In this document: in pieces, positions 27,771 through 41,600 of the stretch
Layout of the letters: every line of letters begins with the position of its first letter
How positions within the stretch are numbered: position 1 is the stretch's first letter
NCBI GenBank assembly: GCA_963717505.1
Contig: OY970342.1
Span: 2,624,001-2,688,000, forward strand
DNA from: Candidatus Eiseniibacteriota bacterium
GTDB lineage: Bacteria; Eisenbacteria; RBG-16-71-46
DNA length: 64,000 nucleotides
Direction: 5' to 3'
The notes under the pieces: generated by a model
What the model was told of the DNA's origin: nothing
Seen by the model: only the letters and a program-made list of their open reading frames with translations
Database searches by the model: none
Made by a program: the position numbers and the translations under genes

Positions 27771-29023
27771 TTCCCCTCGATGTGGGCCAGGACCGCGCGC
27801 AGGTCGGACTCGGCGATCACCAGCGTATCCGCCTCGCGGCGATGCGGCAGCGGGATCGGATTGCAGCCGCCGGTGCGCCCGAGGGAAATCATGGCGATCG
27901 GGGAGGTGCAGTTGCGGCACACGGCCGCGCCGGCGTCCTCGAAGTAGCCGATGTCGCCGCAGATCTCGCACGCGTCGAAGCAGGTGTGGATCTGATCGCC
28001 GACCTGGACCGCGAAGAAGCGGATCGGGCGCTCGGGGAGCGCCACTTCGAAGAAGTGCAGGTGACCGTCGCCGATCGCCGAGGCGTTCAACGTGACGGCG
28101 CCATCGGCACTCGGCAGGACTTCGGCCGGCGGGCGATCCGGGACGCGCGATCCGAGCGCGAACGCGGTGGTCAGCACGCCGACCACCAGCAGCCCGACCA
28201 TGCCGAGGGCCCGGCGTCCGCCGGCTACGCGCGCGCGCGCCGCGCGCTCGAGACGCCCCTGCGGCCCGGACGCGGTGGGAGCGGGTGCCGGACTGGCTCC
28301 GGAGCCGAACAGCAGCCAGCCCGCGGCCAGCGCCAGGGTGAGCGTGAAGATCAGCAGCTCGTTCTTGACGAGCGGGCCGATGATCGCCATCTCGGTGCGG
28401 CTGGCCGGCAGGACTTCGGCCTCGGACAGCTCGTGCAGCCCACCGATCACCAGTCGCACCGCCAGCAGCAGGAGCACCGCCGTGGTCAGCGCGAAGAAGG
28501 TCTTGAGCGGGACGCGCACGCTGCCGCGCACGAACAAGATCCCGAAGGCGATCGCGAGCAGCAGCCCGACGCCGGCCCCGACCCAGAGCGCCAGTCCCTC
28601 GCTGTTGAACGAGGCGGCCGACAGGAAGATCGCGGTCTCGACGCCTTCGCGGAACACCATGCCGAATGCAAAGAGGACGAGGCCGAGTGCGTTGCCGGCG
28701 CCGCCTGCGCCTGTGACTCGAGCCACGCCCGACTCGATCTCCTGCTTCATGTGCGGTGCCGCGCGCCACATCCACCAGACCAGGCTTCCGACCAGCGCCG
28801 CGCCGACCAGCATGACGATGCCCTCGGCCAGCTCCTCGTTCCAGGTCAGTCGCGTGGCCAGTGCCACCACCGCCACCGACGCGGCCAGCGCGAGCCCGGT
28901 GCCGAGTGCGAGCGCCCACTTGAGGTGTCCGAACCCGCGCCGATGGAGCAGGGCCGAGGCCACGCCGAGCACCAGAGCGGCTTCGACTCCTTCACGCAGG
29001 GTGATGACGAGCGCGTCGAACAT
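27767..29023 (-). CDS. FTR1 iron permease fused to DUF2318 Cys-rich (Fe-S) domain
   Basis: Two RExxE motifs (LREGVE, FREGVE) and 7 TM helices. C-terminal FDACEICG…CRNC…GGCNPIP. Confidence 0.9.
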   Translation of the reverse strand: MFDALVITLREGVEAALVLGVASALLHRRGFGHLKWALALGTGLALAASVAVVALATRLTWNEELAEGIVMLVGAALVGSLVWWMWRAAPHMKQEIESGVARVTGAGGAGNALGLVLFAFGMVFREGVETAIFLSAASFNSEGLALWVGAGVGLLLAIAFGILFVRGSVRVPLKTFFALTTAVLLLLAVRLVIGGLHELSEAEVLPASRTEMAIIGPLVKNELLIFTLTLALAAGWLLFGSGASPAPAPTASGPQGRLERAARARVAGGRRALGMVGLLVVGVLTTAFALGSRVPDRPPAEVLPSADGAVTLNASAIGDGHLHFFEVALPERPIRFFAVQVGDQIHTCFDACEICGDIGYFEDAGAAVCRNCTSPIAMISLGRTGGCNPIPLPHRREADTLVIAESDLRAVLAHIEGK

Positions 29024-29217
29024 GATCAGTACGATGTCTCATGCATGTATGCCCAGACTGGCCGAGGCCGGGACCCGAGTCAACCGGCTCGGGCGCGGTT
29101 CCGCAGGGGTTCCGCGCGGTTGAATTCCGACTGGCGATGCCTTGTATCCTCCGGCCGGCGCCTCGCGAGCGCGTTGGCCACGGAATCGAAGCGCGGGGCC
29201 GTCCGGAGGAGTGCGGC

Positions 29218-30591
29218 ATGAGTTCGCCATGGATGTTGCTGATCCTGTTGCTGGCGGCGAATCGCGCGGGCGATGCCCAGGTCACGCTCGACGCGGAACG
29301 CGTGCTCGCGATCGATCGCGAAGTGGCGCGCATTGCCCACCAGCAGACGTTGTGGCCCGGATTCGACCCGATCTCGATTCCGCTCGCGGCGTACGACGGA
29401 CGGCGCACCTATCTGTTCCGCCATCCGGCCCCGCCCGACGGGTTCTCGCCGCTCCCGGGCTCGGATCCGCCGGCGCACGTCTTCGAGGGACGCCATCCCG
29501 CGGTGACTTCGAACTCGAGCGTCGAGATCGGGGGTCGGGTCACGGCGACGCTGCGCGCGGACGGTACAGCCGAGCGGTCGCCGACCGAATCGGCCGCGGT
29601 TGCGCTGCACGAGTCCTTTCACGTCTTCCAGCGCTCGCGCCATCCGTCGTGGCAGGGTAACGAAGGGGACCTCCTCCTCTATCCGGCCGAGGACGCGCGC
29701 CTGCTCGCGCTGCGCCGCCAGGAAACCGAGGCGTTCCGGCGCGCCCTGGCGACTCAGGACCTCGAGTCGCGGTGTTGGTCGACCTGGGCGCTCCGCCTTC
29801 GGCGCGAGCGATTCGCCGCAATGGACTCGATCTTCTCCGACTACGAGTGGCGCTCGGAGCTGAACGAGGGGCTGGCCCAGTACATTCAGGAGCGCGCCGC
29901 CGACCACACGACGGTCGTATTTCCCGAGTCCGGCTTCGCGCCCGCGCAGGTGCGTCACCGCAGCTACGCGGTCGGCGCGGCCATGGCGCTGCTGCTCGAC
30001 CGCCTGGATCCGGATTGGAAGATCAAGCTGGAAGCCGACGATCGCCAAAGCCTGCACCAGCTTCTGTCGGCGGCTCTGGGTGGGCCGTACACCCAGCCAC
30101 CGGGAGCTTGCGGATTTTCGTCCGAGGAGGTCGCGGGCATTCGAGCCCGGGCGAAGCAGGATGCGGCCGCGGTCGGCGTCAAGCGCACCGAACGCCGCGC
30201 GGCATTCGATGCCGCCGCGGGTTGGCGGATCGAGGTGGTGGCCGCGGAAGGTGCTCCGCTCTGGCCCAAAGGATTCGATCCGCTCAACGTCGAGCGGGTC
30301 GACGGCGGTTTGCTGCATAGCCGATTCCTCGGGCTGGGGAACGACTCCGGCGAGCTGACGATGGTCGACGAGGCGGGCGCCGATCTCGAATCCCTCACCG
30401 AAGGCGCAGGATCCCACCCGCTGTTCAACGGTGTGCACCGAGCGGTGGTCGTCCTCGCGCAGTTGCCGGAAGTCGAGGTTCAGGGTGAACGGGTTACCGT
30501 GCGGGCCCCCGGTTTCACTGCCCGGTTCGAGCCTGCGAGCAGCCGGATGGACGGGAAGCGGATTCGCATCGAACTCGGGAGTGGGCCTTGA
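29218..30591 (+). CDS. Secreted hypothetical protein, putative gluzincin-type Zn metallopeptidase
   Basis: ATG at 29218 with GGAGGAG RBS. Signal peptide, HESFH (HExxH) and downstream NEGLAQY. Confidence 0.65.
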   Translation: MSSPWMLLILLLAANRAGDAQVTLDAERVLAIDREVARIAHQQTLWPGFDPISIPLAAYDGRRTYLFRHPAPPDGFSPLPGSDPPAHVFEGRHPAVTSNSSVEIGGRVTATLRADGTAERSPTESAAVALHESFHVFQRSRHPSWQGNEGDLLLYPAEDARLLALRRQETEAFRRALATQDLESRCWSTWALRLRRERFAAMDSIFSDYEWRSELNEGLAQYIQERAADHTTVVFPESGFAPAQVRHRSYAVGAAMALLLDRLDPDWKIKLEADDRQSLHQLLSAALGGPYTQPPGACGFSSEEVAGIRARAKQDAAAVGVKRTERRAAFDAAAGWRIEVVAAEGAPLWPKGFDPLNVERVDGGLLHSRFLGLGNDSGELTMVDEAGADLESLTEGAGSHPLFNGVHRAVVVLAQLPEVEVQGERVTVRAPGFTARFEPASSRMDGKRIRIELGSGP

Positions 30592-30679
30592 GCAGCGCCC
30601 AGGAAGTCGAGTCTTGACGGCTTCGGTGGGGCACAGGAAGATCGTGGCATTCGCACCGGGAAGGACGGTACCGAATCCC

Positions 30680-32647
30680 ATGAGCCACTCCGACCGCGTC
30701 CGGGAAACGCTGGTCGTGGCTGCGCTGGCGCTCGCGCTCAGCGGGGCTACTCCGGCGTACGCCGATAGCAAGGCGGACGCCGAAGCCGCGCGCAAAGCGG
30801 GAGCCCAGGCGCTGGTTGAGCGCGCGCAGTCCATGCTCGCGCGCGGCAACATCGAGGGCCGGCGCGAGGCGATTCAGGACCTCGAGCAGGCGACCCTGCT
30901 CGACCCGGGCAATCCGAACTACGAGCTGTTGCTCGCCCGGACCTACTATCGCGTCGGGTTCCTCAAGAACGCTCGCGACCGGTTCGAGCGGGTGGCGAGG
31001 CTCGCGCCCGCTGATCCCGAGAGCCGCTACGGGCTCGGTCAGGCCTGGCGTCGGGACTGGCTCAAGTACCTCGACCGAACGTCGCTTGCGCGCGCGATCG
31101 AGAACCTGTCGGCGTGCTGCCGGCTGCGCCCCGACCATACCGAGGGCTGGTTGCTCATGGTGCCGCTGCTGGTCGAGCAGGGGGACGACCGGGCGGCGTT
31201 GAGTGCCGCGCTACGTGCGCTCGAGTCCGCCGATCGGCCCGAGTGCCACCTCGCGGTCGCGTACACCGCCTACCGCAACGGGCAGGTCGATCGTGCCGCG
31301 CGCAGCTTCGATCGAGCGATCCCGGAACTGGATCCGGTGGTGGCCGAGCGCTTCACCGACCTGGCGCCGGTGGCCAGCGAGTCCGACACGTCCTACTTCA
31401 ATGGTTTGTCCCGGGTCGAGCAGGCCGAGTTCACGCGGCGGTTCTGGAAGGATCTCGACCCCGACCTGGCCACCGAAGTCAACGAAGCCGAGCTCGAATA
31501 CCATGCCCGGGTCGCGCACGCGTTCTTCCTGTTCTACGACGCGCGCCTCAAGTCCTGGGATCAACGGGGCGAGATCTACGTGCGCTACGGCGCGCCCGGG
31601 ACGGTGGTCTACAACCCGGTCGGCATCAATCTGAACCTCACGCGAATCACCTATGGCCGCACCAGCTACACGATGAACTTTCCGGCCAACGTACTGCATT
31701 GGCACTATCCGGAACTGGGCATGACCGTCGAGATGCAGGACCGCACGCTCAACGAGCGCTACCTCTTGCCGATCACCATGGAGTACGGCAACGACCCGGT
31801 GCCCAACCCCGAGGCGATCGCCGCGAACCCGGACCGGTTCATGGCTCGCAGTGGCCGGGGCGTGTTCCCGCGCCTGCCCCCGAAGACCACGCCGATTCCG
31901 GTGCGGGGCACGGTCGCCCGCTTCGAAACCGATCGCGGACTGCAGCTGTTCGGAGGAATCGAGGCCGACGGACAGCCGGCGGACAGCCTGTGGGCGGAGT
32001 GGGTGGTGATGGACACCGCGATGCGCGAGGTCGCGCGCAGCCGCCGCAGCCTGTCGCCTTCGGCGTGCGATCCGGACGCCCGGCGCGTGGCCGACTTCGC
32101 CACCGAGCTGCCGGCCGGCCAGTACACCGTTGGGCTCTCCGTCGGGGATCGCGAGGGAGGGCGCGGGATCTACCGTTCGGACGCCGTGCTGTGGCCGGCG
32201 CGTCCGCTGATCGCGCTCAGCGACCTGGTGGTCTCGTGCGGCGTGCCGTTCATCGAGCCTTCGGGATCGGGCTACGCGGTGCGGCCGGAACTCAATCATG
32301 GCGGGCGCGTGGGTCCGAAGGACCGGCTCACCGCTTACTTCGAGATCTACCATCTGCGTGCCGGCGACGACGGCCTCGCGCGCTTCGAGTACGTGTACAC
32401 CGTGGCTTCGGCCGAGAAGGACGAGCGCATCTGGATCAAACGCATGTTCGCGCCGCGCCGCGATCCCGATCCGATCGTCACCAGCCGCGAGGAGCAGCAG
32501 CTGGGTCCGTTGCGCCGTCAGTTCGTGAGCGTGCCGATCGAGTCGTTGCCCGCGGGCCGCTACACCCTCGAAGTCCGAGTGCGGGACCTGGTCGCCCAGG
32601 CCGAAGCGGTGACGCGCACGCGTTTCGTCAAGACCGACGTCAACTGA
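30680..32647 (+). CDS. TPR + GWxTD-domain protein
   Basis: Signal peptide and TPRs. [15 protein letters not shown]…RVAHA…[14 protein letters not shown] is the GWxTD-domain signature. Ig-like C-terminus. Confidence 0.82.
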   Translation: MSHSDRVRETLVVAALALALSGATPAYADSKADAEAARKAGAQALVERAQSMLARGNIEGRREAIQDLEQATLLDPGNPNYELLLARTYYRVGFLKNARDRFERVARLAPADPESRYGLGQAWRRDWLKYLDRTSLARAIENLSACCRLRPDHTEGWLLMVPLLVEQGDDRAALSAALRALESADRPECHLAVAYTAYRNGQVDRAARSFDRAIPELDPVVAERFTDLAPVASESDTSYFNGLSRVEQAEFTRRFWKDLDPDLATEVNEAELEYHARVAHAFFLFYDARLKSWDQRGEIYVRYGAPGTVVYNPVGINLNLTRITYGRTSYTMNFPANVLHWHYPELGMTVEMQDRTLNERYLLPITMEYGNDPVPNPEAIAANPDRFMARSGRGVFPRLPPKTTPIPVRGTVARFETDRGLQLFGGIEADGQPADSLWAEWVVMDTAMREVARSRRSLSPSACDPDARRVADFATELPAGQYTVGLSVGDREGGRGIYRSDAVLWPARPLIALSDLVVSCGVPFIEPSGSGYAVRPELNHGGRVGPKDRLTAYFEIYHLRAGDDGLARFEYVYTVASAEKDERIWIKRMFAPRRDPDPIVTSREEQQLGPLRRQFVSVPIESLPAGRYTLEVRVRDLVAQAEAVTRTRFVKTDVN

Positions 32648-33505
32648 TCGGCGGCCCGAACGAGCCGGTCCACTCGAGCATCGCGGGGTGGATGCGGCCG
32701 TTGCTCGCGACGATGCGCCGGCCGAACAGGTCGAGGTCGTTCCCCGCGAAGTCGGTGACGCGCCCTCCGGCCTCGCGGACGATCAAGGCCCCGGCGGCCA
32801 TGTCCCACGCGTTCAGGTGGGCCTCCCAGAAGCCGTCGAATCGACCGCACGCGAGGTAGCAGAGGTTGAGCGCCGCCGAGCCGTCGCGGCGCACGCCCTG
32901 GGCGCGGACCAGGAACGCCTGGAACAGCGGCAAGATGGTTTCCGGATGTTCGCGCACCGAGTAGGGAAAACCGGTGACGAGCAGCGCGTCCTCGAGTCGA
33001 GCGATCCCCGAGACCGAGATCATCGCGCCGTTCAGCGTGGCGCCGGTGTCGAGCGCGGCCGCGAACATCTCGTCGCGCATCGGGTCGTAGACCGCGCCCG
33101 CGACCACGGCGCCGTCGCGCTCGGCGGCGACCGAGACGCAGAAGAAGGGATAGTTGTGGGCGAAGTTGGTGGTGCCGTCGAGCGGATCCAGGATCCAGCG
33201 GACGCCGCCGGGCGCCGCGTCCCCGGTCGCTTGCTCGGGACCGACGGCGTCGTGCGCACCCGACTCCTCGGCGAGCACCCGTGCCCGGGGAACCGCTCGC
33301 GAATGCGTTCGAGCAGGAGCGCTTCGGAGCGACGGTCGTACACGGTCACCAGATCGATCCGACCCTTGCGCTCCGGCGCATGCACGCGGCCATAACCCTC
33401 GAGCAGGATCGACGCCGGCCTCACGCGCAAAGCCGATCGCCGCGTCGCGCAACGCCGCGGGCGAGGGCGTTGTCGAATCGGAGTTCGGCGCGCGGCCCGC
33501 CGGGG

Positions 33506-33509
<4 letters not shown>
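32640..33509 (-). CDS. suhB: Inositol monophosphatase family protein (frameshifted)
   Basis: [15 protein letters not shown] lies in an alternate frame. [30 protein letters not shown] and WDMAAG. ATG overlaps the helicase stop. Confidence 0.85.
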
Positions 33510-36590
<3,081 letters not shown>

Positions 36591-36803
36591 GGGTGCGCGC
36601 CTCCTTGCGTGCCGGGTGCCAGCGAATTCGGACGCTAGCACGGTCGTCCATGGCCCCCAAGTCCGTGAAGCGAACACCCGTCGCCGTGGTGGGTTTGCCG
36701 CGGTCACGCGGGCTCCCTAGACTGCGTGGCCCCCCATGAACCGAGTCTCGATCGGATTCCCGTGCACCGCTCCTGCGCGATCCGCGCGTCCGCGCGCGTC
36801 GAC

Positions 36804-38408
36804 GTGACGCAGGCGACGCGTCGTTGGCTGCTTGCGGCAGGGCTCGCGCTCGCCGCGGCCGGGTGCGGTCCCAAGAGGCCCGAGGCGACGACTGCGATCT
36901 GGCTGTTCGGGTCGGTGGCGCCGCGTTTCGACCCGACCGGGGCGCCGGAGTTTCGCCGATGGGCGATCGAGCGCCTACTGACCCGCGGTCTGGTCGAGGA
37001 AGACAGCGCCGGCCGGGTGGTGCCGGTCGCCGCGCAGGCGATCGAAGTCTCGCCCGACAGCCTGACCTACACGTTTCATCTGAGGCCCGGGCTGTGCTTC
37101 ACCGACGGCGCCGAGTGTCGAAGCCGAGACTTCGTCCGTTCGATGACCCAAGGCCTCGAACGCCGCGATCACCAGACCTGGGCCTGGGCGCTGGCCGCGG
37201 TCCAGGGCATGGACCGTTTCCGCGCCGGTCGTTCGCTGCCCGAGTTGGGCCTCGCCACACCGGACGACAACACTCTGGTGATCCGTCTCGCGCGGCGCGA
37301 CCGAACATTGCTCGCGCGTCTTGCCGTCCCGGGCGTCACCTGGGCGTGGAGTCACGCGAACGGTCGTGAGTGGACGGCGGCTCACGGTCTCGGACCCTAT
37401 CGCGTGCTGGATGCGGAATCCGGCCGGCGCTTGCGCCTGGTTCGCGCATCGGGGGTCGGCCGCGGCGTGAAGAAGTCCGCTCGAAGCTCGGAAGTCGAGA
37501 CCACCTGGACGACGCGATTCCTCGCGGGGGCTGGTACGCTGGCCGACACGCTGGTGCTGCGTTTCGCACCGTCCGCCGCGCGCGCCCGCTCGCTCATTCG
37601 CGACTCCTACGCGGATTGGGTTTGGCCGCTGCCTCCCGGGCTCGCGAACGAGACGCTGCCCGCGAGCTACCGCCTACGGACCGAACCCGCTGTACCTCGC
37701 CGATCGCTCGAGCTGGTCCTGCGCGCGGACGTGCCGCCGACCACGCGACGCGAAGCCCGTCGCGCCCTGTCGCATGGATTGTCCCGCGGCGAGATCGTGC
37801 GACTCCTGGGGCCGGGAGCCGATCGAAGATTGGGTTGGGTGATCGGGGGAGGCCCGGCCGTGTTTCCCGCGCTCGATCGCGTGCAAGCCCAGGAGTGGAT
37901 GGACCGCGGCAAGTTCACTCGATCGTTCCGGGTGACCATGGCCTACCGGAGCGACGGCCCCGGGGTCGCGGTCGCACGGGCAATGCAGGAGGAGTGGGCC
38001 CAGAGCTCGATCTACGTCGAGCCACGCCCCATGTCGGCTGCGAGGTTCGAAGACGAAGCGCTGACTGGACGTGCCCAGCTCGTGCTGGTCGAGCACCAAC
38101 CGTTGCTGGGGGAGACCGAGGCCGAATTGGCCCAACTGGTGATGCCGGCTCAGGGCCCGGCGGTTGGCGCCTTCCGAACCGGCTGGCGAACGCGCGACTT
38201 CGATCGCGCGCTCGATTCCGAGGCCGGGATCCAGATCGATGCTCTCGAACGGCGGCTGGCCGAGGAGATGGTGGTCCTGCCGCTGGCCCGGCTCGACTGG
38301 ACCTGGGCCGAGCGGGCTTCCGGGCCGAAAATGACTGTCCATCCTCGTTTTGGACCGTCGTGCGTCCTGCCCAAGACGCCCACGGCCAGGGCGGACTCGA
38401 AGCCCTGA
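36804..38408 (+). CDS. ABC transporter substrate-binding lipoprotein, family 5 (OppA/DppA-like)
   Basis: Lipobox AAGC, SPDSLTYTFHLRPGLCFTDG, PDDNTLVIRL, GLGPYRV. Start uncertain (36726 or 36804). Confidence 0.8.
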   Translation: MTQATRRWLLAAGLALAAAGCGPKRPEATTAIWLFGSVAPRFDPTGAPEFRRWAIERLLTRGLVEEDSAGRVVPVAAQAIEVSPDSLTYTFHLRPGLCFTDGAECRSRDFVRSMTQGLERRDHQTWAWALAAVQGMDRFRAGRSLPELGLATPDDNTLVIRLARRDRTLLARLAVPGVTWAWSHANGREWTAAHGLGPYRVLDAESGRRLRLVRASGVGRGVKKSARSSEVETTWTTRFLAGAGTLADTLVLRFAPSAARARSLIRDSYADWVWPLPPGLANETLPASYRLRTEPAVPRRSLELVLRADVPPTTRREARRALSHGLSRGEIVRLLGPGADRRLGWVIGGGPAVFPALDRVQAQEWMDRGKFTRSFRVTMAYRSDGPGVAVARAMQEEWAQSSIYVEPRPMSAARFEDEALTGRAQLVLVEHQPLLGETEAELAQLVMPAQGPAVGAFRTGWRTRDFDRALDSEAGIQIDALERRLAEEMVVLPLARLDWTWAERASGPKMTVHPRFGPSCVLPKTPTARADSKP

Positions 38409-38628
38409 GCGGCGGTCGGCCGGGAACGGCGCGGGCCACCGCACGGGGTTCGCTTCAGTCGTTGACCGACCGGCGCGCCTGACCTAAAGTTAACGCTGCT
38501 CGACCCCTTCCGGGCCCTGTCGACAACCCTAGAGAACACGCAGCGATTCGAACGGCCCTGCGCACCTGCGCTTACCGCCTCGATCCCCCTGCGCCATCCA
38601 CGCTGCCCTCGAGAATGAGGTCCCTCCC

Positions 38629-41600
38629 ATGACTCGATGCATCGCGGCCGCGCCGTTTTTGTTGCTGGCTGTGCTTTCGGTGCTGCCTACGCCGTCCCTG
38701 GCCGCCTCCGGCTCGACGCTCGAGCGGGAGTTCCGATTTGCTGGTGACGCCGTCACGTTGGCGTCAGTCCAAGGTCGCACCGAGGTCGTGGTCCGTGGCG
38801 CCATGCCCACGTTCGAGACCGGACAGCCCGATCTGCCCTGGACCGGAGAGATGGTCGAGCTGCCGGACGGCGCCCGGGTCACCGGAATCGAGGTTCTCGA
38901 GATCGAAACCGAGCCGCTGGGCGAAGGCGTGCGGCTGCCGAGTGCGCAGCGGGTGACGCCGGGGCTCGGCCCCACCGAACGAACGCCTGAAGATCCGGTC
39001 GCGTTTTCGCGTCCGGGCTTCCAACCCGATTCGCCGGTCCAGCTCGGCGTCCAGGGATTCCAGCAAGGCAAGAGCATGGCGTCGCTCCGCATTTGCCCGG
39101 TTCGCTGGGATGCCGCTTCCGGCCGGCTCGAGCGTGTGAACCGGATTCGCGTCCGACTGATTCTCGGAACGGCGGACGGCGTACCGCTGCGCCGCCAGCG
39201 CGATGCCGGCGACAACCTCGGTGCTGCTCGGCGCGCGGTCGCGGCCGCCGCCCAGTCGGTCAGTCCCGATCCGCGCGGCTTCCAGCCGACACTGCTGCCG
39301 TCGGTGCTCGGGAGCCCGGTCGAATACTTGATCATCACCGACGACGCCCTCGCGCCCGAATTCCAGCGCCTGGCGGACTGGAAGACCCAAAAAGGCAGTC
39401 CCGCCGTCGTGCGCACGATAAGCCTGCTCAAGCAGGAATACCCGCACGGCGCCGACGACTCCGATCGCATTCGCCAGTTCATCCGCGACGCCTACGTGCG
39501 CTGGGGCACCAAGTGGGTGCTGCTCGGCGGCGACGTGCACATCGTTCCGACGCGTTTCGCGCGCACGGTGTTCTACGGCAACGAGAACATTCCCTGCGAC
39601 ATGTACTTCTCGTGTCTCGACGGCAACTGGAATGCCGACGGCGACAGCCTGTTTGGCGAGGGTTACGCGAGCCCGGAGGACCTCGGGGACAACGTCGACC
39701 TGTTGCCCGAGGTGTACGTCGGCCGGGCCACGGTGGCCTCGCTCGAAGAAGCCGCGCTGTTCGTGAACAAGACCCTGCAATACGAAAAGACCCCGGTCGG
39801 TGACTACGAGAACACGGTGCTGTTCTTCGCCGAGGTCCTGTTCCCGCAGAACTGGACGCCGGGTCAGCTCATCACCATGGATGGCGCGCAACTGGCGGAA
39901 GAGTGCCTGCCCTCGCTGCGCGATCACGAGGGCATCCGCTACGTGCGGCTGTACGAGAACAACACCGACCCGCTCTACGAGCCCGGCGCCTACCCGGAGA
40001 CCAAGCAGGCGGTGATCGATTCGCTCGACCGTGGCTACAACGTGGCCGTGCACATCGGGCACGGCTATCGCAACGTGATGGCGGTCGGCCACGGCGAGAA
40101 CCTGGACAACGGCAACGCGCTGGCGCTGACCAACGGCAATCGCCTGTTCAATCTGTACGCGACCAACTGCACCTCGAACGCGATCGACTTCCCGTGCATC
40201 GGCGAAGCGTTCCTGCTGGCGCCGAATGGCGGCGCGGTCACCAACGTCGGTTCGACGCGGCTCGACTTCCCCTCGGCCGGCCGTGCGTATCAGAAGGAGT
40301 ACTTCCGACTGGTGTACGAGGACAGCATCACGGCGGTCGGCGAGGCCCAGGCCAAGCAGAAGCTGCCGTTCGTGGTCTACTCCAACACCGACAACGTGAA
40401 TCGATGGACCCAGTTCACGCTGCTCCTGCTCGGCGATCCGGAGCTGCGGATCTTCACGGCCCTGCCGCGGACGTTGGACGTGCTCCACCCCGGCTCCACG
40501 TTCCTCGGTGACTCGATCCTCGCGATCACCGTCCAGTCGGGCGGCGATCCGGTGGCCGGCGCCACGGTCGTCGCCTACAAGGCCGGCGACGAGTATCGGC
40601 GCGGCACCACCAACGCGTCCGGTGTGTGCAACCTGTTGTTCCGCCCCGACTCGGTCGGCAGCGTGACCCTGACTGTGACCGCGTACGACGCACGGCCCTA
40701 TCAGGCGACGATCGCGATCAGTCCTTCGTTCCAACCGGTGATGGCGGAGCGACTGCCGGTGCTCGACGACGATTCGGTCGGCGGCACCATCGGCAACGCC
40801 GACGGCAAGTTGGACGCCGGCGAGACCGTCGGCATCGTGATGCAGGTCAAGAACGCCGGCTGGGCCACGGGCTCGGGAATCACCGGCACCCTTTCGACCA
40901 CCGAGCCGTCGGTCAGCATTCTGCAGTCGACCGTTTCCTATGGAACGATCGCGTCCGGCGCGACCACCAACGTTTCCAGCGCCTACCGCATCTCGATTCC
41001 GTCGACGTTCGCCGACGAACGCGAGATTCGCTTCAAGCTGCTGTTCGCCGACGGCTCGGGCCGGCGGTGGGACGAAGGCTTCTCGCTGGTCAGCCATGCG
41101 CGCGTGCTGCGACATCTGTCGCACACCGTGCTGGACCCGTCCGGGAACGGCAACGGCATCGCCGAAGCCGGGGAGACGGTGGATTTCATCGTCCGCCTGC
41201 TCAATTCGGGCACGGGTGGTGCTGCTGCGGTATCGGCGACCCTGCGGTCCGAAGATGGGCTCGCGAGCGTGACCGACAGCACGGCGTCCTGGGGGAGCAT
41301 CACTCCCGGCCAGGAGAAAAACGGCGACGCCTTCGTGTTCCACATGACCAGCGGGGGCGCCAAATTCCGGCTTCGAGTCACCGACGCCGCGGGTCAGGTG
41401 TTCAATCAAGTCCTCGACCTGGTGCCCCCGGCCGCCCCCTTGTCGGCCGGAGGCTCGGGATCCGCGACCAGCATCACGCTCTACTGGTCCAAGTCGCCCG
41501 AGCCCGATCTGCAGGGCTACCACATCGACCGCTCGAGCAACGTGGGCGGCCCGTTCTCGCGGCTGACCTCGATTCCGACCGAGCGCATCGCCTACTACGT

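Noticed and set aside
23441-28919. Long N-terminal extensions in the ORF track (618 aa, 801 aa and 422 aa ORFs)
   Set aside because: The extensions overlap real upstream genes in other frames. True starts are at the coupled GTG/ATG codons (24310, 27770, 26500).
29030-29060. CATGCATG palindrome upstream of FTR1 as a DtxR/Fur operator
   Set aside because: Too short and does not resemble known boxes; unsupported without comparative data.
38764-41523. Long antisense or alternate-frame ORFs (e.g. 38764..41523 -, 54488..57007 -, 2272..4101 +, 62728..63927 -)
   Set aside because: Shadow ORFs expected in high-GC DNA. They are Arg/Ala/Pro-rich, lack motifs and lie opposite well-supported genes.
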